This document shows positions 20,250 through 30,499 of a stretch of DNA of 64,000 bases, one piece after another. Under the pieces are notes generated by a model. The model did not search any database, was not told the DNA's origin, and saw only the letters and a program-made list of their open reading frames with translations. Origin of the DNA: an uncultured delta proteobacterium (GTDB lineage Bacteria > Desulfobacterota > Desulfomonilia > Desulfomonilales > Desulfomonilaceae); assembly GCA_963789265.1 (NCBI GenBank), contig CAWBKB010000001.1, positions 1,824,001 through 1,888,000 of the forward strand, given 5' to 3'. How positions within the stretch are numbered: position 1 is the first letter of the stretch; each line of letters starts with the position of its first letter. Made by a program: the position numbers and the translations under genes.

Positions 20250-21915
20250 ATGGAATCCAAACCATGGCAGCGGCACTATGACTACAACGTCCCCGTCACA
20301 ATCCGATACCCTCGCATTCCACTCCACGATCTGCTGGGTATCCCCGCCGGCTCGCTCCCGGATAAGGCGGCTCTGAATTTTTTCGGTACCGAGATCACCT
20401 TCTGGGAACTTCGCGACCTCGTATTGCGGATGGCGACTGTCCTGACAAAACTGGGAGTACAAAAAGGGGATCGAGTCGGTATGCACCTTCCCAATTGTCC
20501 CCAGTACGTTATCGCCAACTACGCGGCCCTCTCCCTTGGGGCTGTTGTGGTTAATTTGAACCCGATGTACACCTTCGACGAACTTAAGCTCATTTCTCAA
20601 AAGACGGGAATGACGACGCTCTTCACCTTCGACATGGTCTTGCCCAATATCCGCGCCTTGTGCCAGGCGGTGGAGATCCCCAGGGTAATCGTGACCAAAG
20701 TGACGGACTTCATTAAAGGGATGAGCCCGAGCACCAAGGATAGCCTGGAACTCGATCCGAATTGGCACCACTTCTCCGAGTTGTTGGATGGCTGTCCGGT
20801 AGGTCAACGCCCGCGAGTTCAGGTGAACCCGGGGGACCCATGCATGATTCAATTCACCGGCGGAACAACGGGTACCCCCAAGGCCGCAGTGCTCACCCAC
20901 GCTAATCTTGTGGCCGCTACCTTTCAATGTGCCCTGTGGGGAACTCCCACAACCAGTCTGACTCCCCCGGAGCGGCGTTCCGTGCTGGCAGTTCTCCCAT
21001 TTTTTCATGTGTACGGGAACATTGTGGTTATGAATTGGGCTTTACTTACGTGCTCTACTCAGATCTTGGTTCCCAGGTTTCAGATCGACGAGTTCATGGG
21101 AATCCTTGGCAACTTCAATGAGATCACTTTCTTTCCCGCTGTGCCCACCATGATCACAGCGATCATCAACCATCCCAAAGCTCCTGAGCTTGATTTGGGC
21201 AAAAGATTGGGCCTCCTTAACTCGGGCGCCGCGCCCATGGCCGCGGAACTCATTGAACAAGTCAAAGACATGGGTATCTTTTTCAGCGAGGGATGGGGTA
21301 TGAGCGAAACGACATCTCTGGGGACCGCCAATCCCATCATGGGCCTCAAGAAGGTTGGAAGCATCGGCGTCCCGTTTCCGGACACGGACATTAGAATCGT
21401 GGATGTTGAGGAAGGAGTAGAGGATGTAAAGCCGGGCGAGCCGGGCGAGCTTCTCATCAGGAGCCCGTTGATTATGAAGGAGTACTGGGGAGACCCCGAG
21501 GAGACGGCCGGTCAGCTTAAAGACGGCTGGCTGAGTACCGGCGACATAGTGGTGCGCGACGAGGACGACTATCTATTCATTGTGGATCGCAAGAAAGATA
21601 TGATTATAGCGGGCGGATTCAACATCTACCCGAGAGAGATCGACGAGGTGCTCTTTCAGCATCCCAAGGTAATGGATGCCGTCTCTGTGGGCATTGCAGA
21701 CCAGTACCCGAGGGGAAACTGTCAAGGCCTATGTCGTGCTCAAGCCCGGAGAGACAGCCAGCGGTGAAGACATCATCGCTTTTTGCAAAGAAAAGCTGGC
21801 AGCATACAAAGTGCCCAAGCTCGTGGAATTTCGGGACTCTCTCCCCAAATCCGCGGTAGGGAAGATACTACGCAAGATCCTGAGAGCTGAGGAACTGGAC
21901 AAAATGAAAGGTTGA
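20250..21915 (+). pseudogene. Long-chain-fatty-acid--CoA ligase (FadD-like), +1 frameshift at ~21708 (possibly a sequencing error)
   Basis: FTGGTTGTPK, GWGMSET, TGDI, DRKKD. The C-terminus [12 protein letters not shown]...[11 protein letters not shown] is in the shifted frame. Confidence 0.85.
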
Positions 21916-22119
21916 GGCAATACTAAGGTACTGCTTGCCGCCTAGGGAATCTTAACGACGGCAACCAGAGCTGGAGTCAAGCCCAAGGCCTTCCGGACGC
22001 GCCCGCATTAGGATCGGGAGAACGTGTTTACCTCACCACCCGGCCGGCAAAAGCGACTGATTCCCCTCACGATTCATTTGGAATCCGTGACACTGTATTT
22101 CTAGACGGAGGTTGCTCAG

Positions 22120-23442
22120 ATGAGCATGCCCAAAGTGGCGATTGTTCGTTACGATAAGCCCCTTGAATCTGTAAAGAAGGCCATCGATCTTTCCCAGGGC
22201 CTCGATCGGCTCCCCAGTGGGGCCAAGGTTTTTATCAAACCTAATATTGTCTTCTGGACTCGTCTGGTTTCATTTCCCAAATGGGGCGTGATAACTACTT
22301 CCCGCGTGATAAATGATGTGGTTCATTGGCTCAAAGAGCGCGGAGTCGATGACATCACCATCGGAGAAGGCACCGTTGTTTACGACCCGAAAGATCGTGA
22401 AACAGCCGTGCACGCTTTTGAAACCCTTGGCTACGGCAATCTCCGAAAGCGTTACGGCGTAAAATGCATGAGCGCATTCGAGCGACCTTTTGAAAAGATA
22501 GATTTGGGCGGAGGAGTGGAGCTTGCTTATAACACCGACATTCTCCATAGCGATTTTGTTGTGAACGTCCCTGTTATGAAAACTCACGCACAAGCAATCG
22601 TAAGCCTCGGAATCAAGAACCTCAAGGGCATGATCGACGTTACATCGCGGAAGAAATGTCACTCCGCGGATGCTGAAAAGGATCTACATTACATGATATC
22701 GAAGTTGGCGAACAAGATACCTCCTTCGTTCACCATTCTCGACGGCATTTACACTAACGAGCGCGGGCCCTCTTTTGACGGAAAGATCAGGCGAAGCAAT
22801 ATTCTTGTGGCCTCTCCGGATCTGCTTTCCGCGGACAAGGTGGGGGCCGCAGTCCTGGGACACGAGCCATCTCAAGTCCCCCACCTGGTGCACGCGGCTA
22901 ATGATATGGGGAGAACGTCAGACCTCTCCGACCTCGAGATAGTGGGTGAAAAGCTCGAGGATGTTGCCTTGAATCTGGCCCATGCGTTCGCTTACAATGA
23001 AAGCGGCACTCTCCCTCTGCCCATGGAAAAAATGGGAATAAAGGGTCTCTCTTACCCGACCTACGATCTGACTATATGCACGTATTGTTCAGGGCTCACA
23101 GGAGTTGTCTTAACCGCCATAGCTTACGCGTGGAAAGGCAAACCGTGGGACGATGTGGAAATCCTCACAGGCAAGATCATGAAACCCACACCCGGCCGTA
23201 ACCATACGATTCTTTTAGGTAAGTGCATGTATCAGGCAAACAAGGACAATCCGGACATAAAACACATGATCGCGGTCAAGACGTGCCCGCCGGCCCCTGA
23301 AGCGGTAGTGGATGCGCTGCACCAGGCCGGGATTGAAGTGGACCCGGCAATTTTGGCTGGAAGGGAAAAGATTGTGGCACTCTACATGAAACGGTACGAG
23401 GGTAAACCGGAATTTGACGAGTCCTTGTTCAGAATTGACTGA
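22120..23442 (+). CDS. DUF362 domain protein with Cys-containing C-terminal extension
   Basis: VFIKPN, VNVPVMKTH, SLGIKNLKG; C-terminal CTYC...GKC...CPP. Confidence 0.85.
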   Translation: MSMPKVAIVRYDKPLESVKKAIDLSQGLDRLPSGAKVFIKPNIVFWTRLVSFPKWGVITTSRVINDVVHWLKERGVDDITIGEGTVVYDPKDRETAVHAFETLGYGNLRKRYGVKCMSAFERPFEKIDLGGGVELAYNTDILHSDFVVNVPVMKTHAQAIVSLGIKNLKGMIDVTSRKKCHSADAEKDLHYMISKLANKIPPSFTILDGIYTNERGPSFDGKIRRSNILVASPDLLSADKVGAAVLGHEPSQVPHLVHAANDMGRTSDLSDLEIVGEKLEDVALNLAHAFAYNESGTLPLPMEKMGIKGLSYPTYDLTICTYCSGLTGVVLTAIAYAWKGKPWDDVEILTGKIMKPTPGRNHTILLGKCMYQANKDNPDIKHMIAVKTCPPAPEAVVDALHQAGIEVDPAILAGREKIVALYMKRYEGKPEFDESLFRID

Positions 23443-23630
23443 TATTAATTTTAGCGATGGCTAGCAACGCATCTGAGGAGTGGGTTCAGATACCTACGTG
23501 AAGAATTGGCCCAATGCTGCAGTTCCCGCAGGTTAGTGATGGGGTCGATGCGCATTTGGTGCCCAGACGATTATTCGAGAAACCTTCGTCTGACCCAAGT
23601 TCGCTATAAAATAAGCGAGAATCGACATAC

Positions 23631-23716
23631 AGCAAACGGCACTGACCTGGCGCCATGACGGCGCTCAGGTCAGTGGCACCCAACATCCACTCATAAGTCC
23701 TGGGTGCCATCCCGCC
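23631..23716. repeat. Dispersed palindromic repeat, second copy at 62526-62612
   Basis: AGCAAACGGCACTGACCT...CAGGTCAGTGGCACCCAACATCCA...GGGTGCCAT shared by both copies. Confidence 0.8.
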
Positions 23717-23754
23717 AAATCGTTTCCTCGGTAAATGCCTACCGTAAGAATCTT

Positions 23755-23950
23755 TCTCGTTCCTAGGCTCCGCCTGGGAATGCCTGTCGCGAGGCTCTCG
23801 CTTCGACTATTATAGAGAAATAATGCCAGTTTGCGGGCAGAGCCCGCGAGATATGGATTCCCAGTCCCGCGAGACGCGGGATTGGGAACCGGAAGCCTGG
23901 CGAATTTCGTGGCACGATCTCCACTCAGTCCGCACTTTTGAGACACTTTC
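23755..23950. repeat. REP hairpins followed by an IS1182-type element end
   Basis: TTCCTAGGCTCCGCCTGGGAA and TTCCCAGTCCCGCGAGACGCGGGATTGGGAA hairpins; ends in CGTGGCACGAT...TTTTGAGACACTTTC. Confidence 0.6.
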
Positions 23951-24105
23951 GGAAAGCCTGCCCCGCTGAAGTACTAGGTTTGTGAATACTTACAGGCTAC
24001 CAATAATGTGCATTGAGGACTGCGGAAATTCTGTGATAGAATCCGTTCTTACACTCGGTTACGCTCCTCTCGTGATGATCCAAAACCTTTCTAATGGAGT
24101 GTCCC

Positions 24106-25689
24106 ATGCATGTGCCAATGTCACCGGTTAGAATTCTTAGGCGGGCAGTGAAGCTCTATCCCCACAAGGCGGCTGTGGTGGATGGCGACTTGCGACTGAC
24201 CTATCTGGAACTTCATGAACGGGTTAACAGGGCCACTAACGCAGTCAAGGACCTGGGAATCCCTCCCCAAGGCCGAATCGCCATGCTGGACTACAACACT
24301 CATCGCTATATGGACTTGTACTTCGGTATAGCTCAGTCAGGCAGGGTGCTTCTTCCGTTGAACACACGCTTGTCAGTTGCCGAGTATGCTTACATCTTGA
24401 ACGATGCTGAAGCCGAAGCCATTGTATTTCATGCCGATTTCAAACCAGTTATGGATAAGGTTCGACACAATGCTAGGACCGTCAAGAATTACATTATTTG
24501 TGACGGAGTAGCGAATGAACCGTGGATAAACGGTACGTATGAGGACTTTTTGGCCCACGCGTCGAGCGTTGCTGTCGATTATGAGCCCGCGGACGAAAAC
24601 GAGATGTTGAATCTGTATTACACGAGCGGTACGACGGGCCGTCCCAAGGGAGTGATCCTTACCCACAGAAATATTTATGCGAATGCCCTTACCACTATCA
24701 TATCCTTCAAGCTTGAAGACGCCACTGTCTGGTATCACATAGCCCCCCTATTCCATTTGGCGGATGCGTTTTTTGCCTGGTCGGTTACATTTCAGGGCGG
24801 ACAGCACATTATGCAACGTCAGTTCAATCCCAGGGCCGTTTTGGAGACCATCCAGAAAGAACGGATTAGCTGCTGTATGATGGTTCCCACTATGATCAAC
24901 TTTATCTTGAACGAACCGAATATTGACCGGTACGATCTTTCTTCGCTCCAATGGATCATGGTAGGCGGTGCGCCGATGTCTCCGGCTAACGCCAAAAGGA
25001 TGATGCAGCGGCTGGGCTGCCGATACATATCGGGCTACGGACTTACCGAAACCAGCCCTCTCCTGACGGTCGGAAACATTAAAGACACTCTTGCGTCGGA
25101 ATCCGACGAAGTGAAGGTGAATTATCTGACACGGACAGGCCTTGAAGCGGTTGGTGTTGACCTCAAGGTGGTTGACACCACAGGGAAGGATGTCCCGTGG
25201 GACAACAGAACCGTAGGTGAAATCATCGCCCGAGGAGACAATGTAACAAAGGGCTACTGGAAACTCCCCGCAGAGACAGAAAAGGCATTTCTCGGCGGGT
25301 ATCTTTATACCGGCGACCTTGCCACCGTGGACGCCGAGGGCTACATCCTCATTGTAGACCGGGCTAAAGACATAATTATCAGCGGAGGCGAGAACATTGC
25401 CTCGGTAGAAATCGAAAATGTGATCTACACCCATCCCAATGTCTTGGAATGCGCAGTGATTGCCTTTCCGGACGAAAAATGGGGAGAGGTCCCGAAAGTG
25501 ATTGTCGCGCTGAAACCCGGTACTGAGCTAAGCGAGCAAGAGTTGATTAACTACTGCCGCGAGCGTTTGGCACCGTTCAAGGTGCCGCGCCTTGTGGCCT
25601 TTGTGCCGGAACTCCCCAAGACCGGCTCAGGGAAAATACTCAAAGGAGAACTCCGGAAATCCTACGGTGAGAGACGTCCCAAAAGTTAG
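24106..25689 (+). CDS. Acyl-CoA synthetase (AMP-forming)
   Basis: YTSGTTGRPKG, YGLTET, TGDL, DRAKDIIISGGENI, LPKTGSGKI. Confidence 0.95.
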   Translation: MHVPMSPVRILRRAVKLYPHKAAVVDGDLRLTYLELHERVNRATNAVKDLGIPPQGRIAMLDYNTHRYMDLYFGIAQSGRVLLPLNTRLSVAEYAYILNDAEAEAIVFHADFKPVMDKVRHNARTVKNYIICDGVANEPWINGTYEDFLAHASSVAVDYEPADENEMLNLYYTSGTTGRPKGVILTHRNIYANALTTIISFKLEDATVWYHIAPLFHLADAFFAWSVTFQGGQHIMQRQFNPRAVLETIQKERISCCMMVPTMINFILNEPNIDRYDLSSLQWIMVGGAPMSPANAKRMMQRLGCRYISGYGLTETSPLLTVGNIKDTLASESDEVKVNYLTRTGLEAVGVDLKVVDTTGKDVPWDNRTVGEIIARGDNVTKGYWKLPAETEKAFLGGYLYTGDLATVDAEGYILIVDRAKDIIISGGENIASVEIENVIYTHPNVLECAVIAFPDEKWGEVPKVIVALKPGTELSEQELINYCRERLAPFKVPRLVAFVPELPKTGSGKILKGELRKSYGERRPKS

Positions 25690-25976
25690 ACTACTTCGCG
25701 TGCAAGAAACCGATCAAACCAAATCGTCGAAGGCAGAAGCGCTGCCTTACTCAAGTATAGTGTCTGCCAATAGTTTTGCCCGATTTGTCCCGCGTTTCGC
25801 GAGGTCATCCCTGACTCCGACTGAGGGGGCATAAGGTAGGTCGGGCCATGCCCGACGCAATGAGGCGGCCACGGCCGCTCCGCTTGATTCTCGTCAACTG
25901 GGAATGGGGCTATGTATCATTACGATCGGTGGATTGATCTTATCATTGTTGTACGGTGAGGGCATGGAGGAGAAGA

Positions 25977-26469
25977 ATGCAGGACGTACGAGACTTATTG
26001 GAAGGGCTTAGACGAACCCCCGTGATATTATCTGAATTCGTAAAGACTATTCCGGAAGCCGGACTCGACTTGCGAAGAGGCCAGGGCTTTTGGACCATCG
26101 CCGAACATGTCAGCCACTTGGCTGAAGTCCAGCCGATGTTGTTGGGGCGTTTTCAGCGATTCATGAATGAGGATCGCCCTGAGTTTGTCCCGTACATTCC
26201 AGAAGATGATAAGGAGGCGTCTGATACTCCTCTACGAATGAATATGACCGCTGCCCTGGGACAGTTCGGACTCTACCGCGGCAAACAACTCGATCTCCTT
26301 GAATGCGCTGATGACGTGATATGGCAAAAGACTGCAATACACCCGGAATATGAGATGTATTCCTTTTACATTCTGGCCAGGCATACTCTGATGCATGATT
26401 ACTGGCACATGTACAGGATAGAAGAAACTTTGGCTGACAAAGGATGCTTATCTGAAAAGAATGGAATAG
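25977..26469 (+). CDS. DinB-family protein with a +1 frameshift near the 3' end (~26426)
   Basis: WTIAEHVSHL and HDYWH motifs; removing one A gives RIEELWLTKDAYLKRME* ending at 26469. Confidence 0.75.
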
Positions 26470-26531
26470 CCGATGCGGTGAAGCCGGCATCTCGCGGGAT
26501 GAACCGCATGGCATTGACGGGACGGGCATCC

Positions 26532-26709
26532 GAAAGTGTCTGAAAATCGAAGCATGAACGAAATTCGTAGCACGATGCGTCCCTTTTCCCGGCAATCCCG
26601 CGTTCCGCGCGGGACCGGGCTACTATCCTCGGTCCCTTCGGGACGCTTGCGTTTGAGCCCCATCGGGGCGAAAGATAGTAGACCGGTGCTTTAGCGCCGG
26701 GTTGCTATC
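26532..26709. repeat. Partial copy (inverted) of the MITE at 50642-52529
   Basis: GAAAGTGTCTGAAAA end; the reverse complement aligns with 50692-50703 plus 52384-52529. Confidence 0.75.
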
Positions 26710-26834
26710 TATTTCATCCTGCCTGCCCCGCCATTCCTTATCCAGACATATTCATAACAGGACTCGAATGATGCGTTTCCTCGGAATTCCGCCGGATTCA
26801 CCACATCCTTGCTACAGAGCTTGGGAACCAGAGC

Positions 26835-27758
26835 TTATTGCGGGGGCACTTCGTGCAGATTGCCGTTAAAATGTTCCTTGATAACCAGGAGGAATGCCTC
26901 TGCAGCCGGCGATAGCCGTTCTTCCCGGTTTACCAGAACGTCGATGGCCCCCATCCTGATATCACCGCCCTCAATCTGAACAACCCTCAGGCATCCTCGA
27001 GCAACCTCTTCGCGGATATTCGGCTCAAACATGAGAGCTACCCCTTTCTTTTGGCGGGCCAGCTCCTTGCCTAGCTCGATATTGTTTATCTCAGCCCCAA
27101 TCAGAGGTTGAAGCCCCCTTTTCTTAAAATGGTGCAGAATGATTGCCCGAGAGGCTGACCCCTCTGACTGAATTATCAAGGGATGGGAAATTAACTCGGC
27201 CCATTTTACGGGCTTGTCCAGGGGCAGGGGGTATTCCGGGCTGGCGACAAGAAAAAGCCTTTCTTCCACGGGAATGCGGTACAGGCGAAGTCGCTCGCTG
27301 TAAGGATACAGCACGCCTATAAGGCAGATGTCCTGTTTGAAATCGAGTAGGTCTTCGACCATTGCTCCGGACGGACCTTCACGTATGGAGAGCCGAATGG
27401 ACGGATGAAGCTCCTTGAATTTGTCTATAAGCGCTGTGAAATACAGCATCAACGGGCTGGAAATCCCTACGGAAAGATTGTTAAACCGGTAGCTTTTGAG
27501 GAAGTTCTCTGTCATTACCGCCTGATTGAGCAGTTCTTCCGCGTAAAGGAACAGCCTTTCACCAGCCCTTGTCAGGGTGACTCGTTTCTTCTTCATGTTT
27601 ACCAGCTTAACTCCAAACTGAACCTCCAAACCATGTACATGCTGAGTTATCGCAGGCTGAGTCATTGAGAGCTTCTCGGCGGCGCGGCTGAAGCTCTGTT
27701 CCTTTGCCAGGAAATAAAATGAGATCACATGGTGAAGGTTAAGCTGGAAACGTCCCAT
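26835..27758 (-). CDS. LysR-family transcriptional regulator
   Basis: SFSRAAEKLSMTQPAITQHVHGLE HTH plus substrate-binding domain; divergent from the carboxylase operon. Confidence 0.95.
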   Translation of the reverse strand: MGRFQLNLHHVISFYFLAKEQSFSRAAEKLSMTQPAITQHVHGLEVQFGVKLVNMKKKRVTLTRAGERLFLYAEELLNQAVMTENFLKSYRFNNLSVGISSPLMLYFTALIDKFKELHPSIRLSIREGPSGAMVEDLLDFKQDICLIGVLYPYSERLRLYRIPVEERLFLVASPEYPLPLDKPVKWAELISHPLIIQSEGSASRAIILHHFKKRGLQPLIGAEINNIELGKELARQKKGVALMFEPNIREEVARGCLRVVQIEGGDIRMGAIDVLVNREERLSPAAEAFLLVIKEHFNGNLHEVPPQ

Positions 27759-27805
27759 GAGTTGATTGTCATATACGTTTGTACACCAGTCAAGTGCTGT
27801 GTTGC

Positions 27806-27835
27806 CTTATGAAATCATTAGTAGATTGCTATTGC
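27806..27835 (+). promoter_or_regulatory. Conserved 30-bp regulator-binding motif, copy 1
   Basis: CTTATGAAATCATTAGTAGATTGCTATTGC; 21/30 positions identical in all three copies. Confidence 0.75.
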
Positions 27836-27939
27836 ATTAATTTTGCCCATCTCTAAGAATCTTTTTTGAAAGCGCAGAAAGTACCAGCGGGAATTTCCAG
27901 GAACCTCACCCGATAATGTGCTCAAACGAGGACAAAAGA

Positions 27940-28302
27940 ATGAAACGAAGAATCACCGAAAATCTTGACGTGGATCTGGAACGAGAAATGTGGACTTGCC
28001 ACTATTGCGGCAAGGATCTGATTTCCGCAAGGCAAAATTTTAAAGAAGGCTGCCTCGTGTATGCACGAGATCCGAGGGATATATATCGCCCGCTAATTGA
28101 AGGTGAATATAGCTTCTCGCCCAATCCTGAATGGGTTCGTATCGTGGAGTTCTATTGCCCCGAGTGCGGGGTCATGATCGAGAATGAAATCCTGCCCCTT
28201 GGCCATCCTTTGACCTACGAGATCGAGCTGGATGTTGATGCGCTGAAAGAAAAATATTTGCAGAAAGAGAGCGTGAGATATGGGGGCACATATCGATATT
28301 GA
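27940..28302 (+). CDS. Acetone/acetophenone carboxylase small Zn-binding subunit (ApcB/AcxC-like)
   Basis: WTCHYCG...IEGEYSF...RIVEFYCPECG...LPLGHP. Confidence 0.9.
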   Translation: MKRRITENLDVDLEREMWTCHYCGKDLISARQNFKEGCLVYARDPRDIYRPLIEGEYSFSPNPEWVRIVEFYCPECGVMIENEILPLGHPLTYEIELDVDALKEKYLQKESVRYGGTYRY

Positions 28303-30427
28303 TACAGGTGGCACGTTCACAGACGTCGTGGTCGCCGTGGGCGGACGTCTAGTCTACGCCAAGGCCCCAACAACTCCTCACAGGCTTGCAGAAGGCTGCA
28401 TGAAAGGCGTGGAAATTGCTGCGCAAGATTTGGGGATGTCTCTCGAGGAATTGCTCCGGAATACCGAGAGTTTCATATTTTCCACCACCTTTGCCACGAA
28501 CGCGCTGATTCAGAAAATTGGTCCGAGGCTGGGGTTAATCACTACTGAAGGCTTTGAAGATCTTCTGGTTATAGGAAAGGGGTCGAGTTGGTCGGACAAA
28601 ATGACCGTCAAGGAGATGCGCAATATCGCTCGAGTCGAGAAACCCAAGCAGCTCATCCCCCGCGATATGACCGTCGGTGTAAAGGAGCGTATCGACACGC
28701 GAGGCGAAATCATCAGGCCCCTCGATGAGGACGACGTCCTAGGGAAAGTCAGGTCTCTCGTGGACAAAGGCGCAGAAGGGTTTGTGGTGAGCCTCCTCTA
28801 CTCCTACCTGAACCCCGAGCACGAGCAGAGGATCAAGAAGCTTATTCAAGATGAGTTTCGAGGACACTGCCTCGCCTCGGCTTTCCCGATAGTCTTATCT
28901 TCCGAAGTTTGTCCAAAGCGAGGCGAATACACCCGGACGACTACCACAATACTGAATGCCTACCTCCAGAAGCCAATTCAGGGGGGCATGATGGACCTTG
29001 CGGGAAATGTCCGGAGCAACGGGTACACAAAGAGCCTCCTCGCCATCCACTGTACCGGGGGAATGGCCCCGATATACCGCTCAACACCTCTCCAGACTTA
29101 CAGCGCCGGCCCCATTGCCGGTCTCATGGCCGGTTCCTACTTCGGGAAAATGCTTGGCTTCGACCACGTTGTGGTTGGCGACATGGGAGGCACAAGCTTC
29201 GACTTGTCGCTCGTGATCCAGGGGAACCCGCGCTTTTACGAGATCAAGCCTGTTGTGGAAGATTGGTGGGTGGACATGACCATGCTGTGGCTCCGCTCCA
29301 TCGGGGCCGGCGGTGGCTCGATTGCTTGGATCAACAAGACATTGAATAACCAGCTTGAAGTAGGACCTCGAAGCGCCGGCGCTTCGCCCGGTCCGGCGGC
29401 CTACGATAGAGGCGGGCACGAACCGACTGTCACGGATGCTGACATCGTACTCGGGTACATTAACCCCGACAATTTCTACGGCGGCAAAATGAAGCTTCGC
29501 AAAGACCTCGCGTGGGATGCCCTGAAAACCAGGATAGCCGAGCCTCTGGGCATTGATCCCGTCGACGCGGCCTGGCGCATCAAAAAAGTGGCCGACGCGA
29601 ACATGGGCGACACGATCGTCAAAGAGACGTATTTGAGGGGCTTCGACCCAAGAGACTTTGTGCTCTTCGCTGCAGGGGCTGCCGGTCCCACTCACTGTTG
29701 TGGTTTCGGTTTCTACGGAAAGCTGAACAGGATCGCCATCTTCCCGTTTTCCCCTGTCTTTTGCGCCCTTGGGTCCGGGGGAATGGACATTATCCACATT
29801 TACGAGCGCTCTCGTAGCCTAACGCTCATGAAGCCTTTGAGTCAGGGGTATCTCGAAGATTATGAAGATTACAATGCGATCGTGCAGGACCTCCAGAAAA
29901 GGGCCCTCACGGACGTAAAGCTCGAGGGGTTTAACGCCGACGACGTAATATTCAGGCTGGAACTTGAAATGAAGTTTGGCGGCCAGGTCCACACGCTCAG
30001 GATCACATCTCCGCATCTCCAACTTCGGAGCGAGGACGACGTGAAGGTGGTGTGCGACCAGTTCATACTGAACTTCAGCGAAGTTTACGACAAGATAGCC
30101 CTTTACCCCGAAGGAGGTATCGAGACCCAACATTTCATTCTCCACACTATACTGCCGCGCCACAAGATCGATCTGCCATCTTACCCCCTTGCGGGGGAAT
30201 TGGTCTCCAAGAGCGCGATCAAGGGGAAAAGGGACGCATTCTGGGAGGAGTACAACGGGTTCCACCAGACGCCGATTATAGACCAGTCGGGACTAAAGCC
30301 CGGCAACATGCTTGAAGGCCCCGCGATTGTTGAATCGAAAAATACCACACTGGTCCTGCCTCCCGGTGCACGAATGAAGGTTGATAAGTATCTGAACTCG
30401 ATCATAGAGAACCTTATGGAGCGATGA
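28280..30427 (+). CDS. Hydantoinase A/oxoprolinase-family ATP-binding subunit (ApcC-like)
   Basis: IDIDTGGTFTD, GDMGGTSFD, GAGGGSIA, GPRSAGASPGP, PTVTDAD. Confidence 0.9.
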   Translation: MGAHIDIDTGGTFTDVVVAVGGRLVYAKAPTTPHRLAEGCMKGVEIAAQDLGMSLEELLRNTESFIFSTTFATNALIQKIGPRLGLITTEGFEDLLVIGKGSSWSDKMTVKEMRNIARVEKPKQLIPRDMTVGVKERIDTRGEIIRPLDEDDVLGKVRSLVDKGAEGFVVSLLYSYLNPEHEQRIKKLIQDEFRGHCLASAFPIVLSSEVCPKRGEYTRTTTTILNAYLQKPIQGGMMDLAGNVRSNGYTKSLLAIHCTGGMAPIYRSTPLQTYSAGPIAGLMAGSYFGKMLGFDHVVVGDMGGTSFDLSLVIQGNPRFYEIKPVVEDWWVDMTMLWLRSIGAGGGSIAWINKTLNNQLEVGPRSAGASPGPAAYDRGGHEPTVTDADIVLGYINPDNFYGGKMKLRKDLAWDALKTRIAEPLGIDPVDAAWRIKKVADANMGDTIVKETYLRGFDPRDFVLFAAGAAGPTHCCGFGFYGKLNRIAIFPFSPVFCALGSGGMDIIHIYERSRSLTLMKPLSQGYLEDYEDYNAIVQDLQKRALTDVKLEGFNADDVIFRLELEMKFGGQVHTLRITSPHLQLRSEDDVKVVCDQFILNFSEVYDKIALYPEGGIETQHFILHTILPRHKIDLPSYPLAGELVSKSAIKGKRDAFWEEYNGFHQTPIIDQSGLKPGNMLEGPAIVESKNTTLVLPPGARMKVDKYLNSIIENLMER

Positions 30428-30499
30428 CGGCATCCGCTCCGGTCTCGACGCCTACCCTGACCTGAAGTGAAACAAAAGAGGAGAGAGAAGGAGATTCCG

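Noticed and set aside
21700..21720. Programmed ribosomal frameshifting at the split genes
   Set aside because: No slippery heptamers or shared signals at the four sites; simple single-base insertions explain them.
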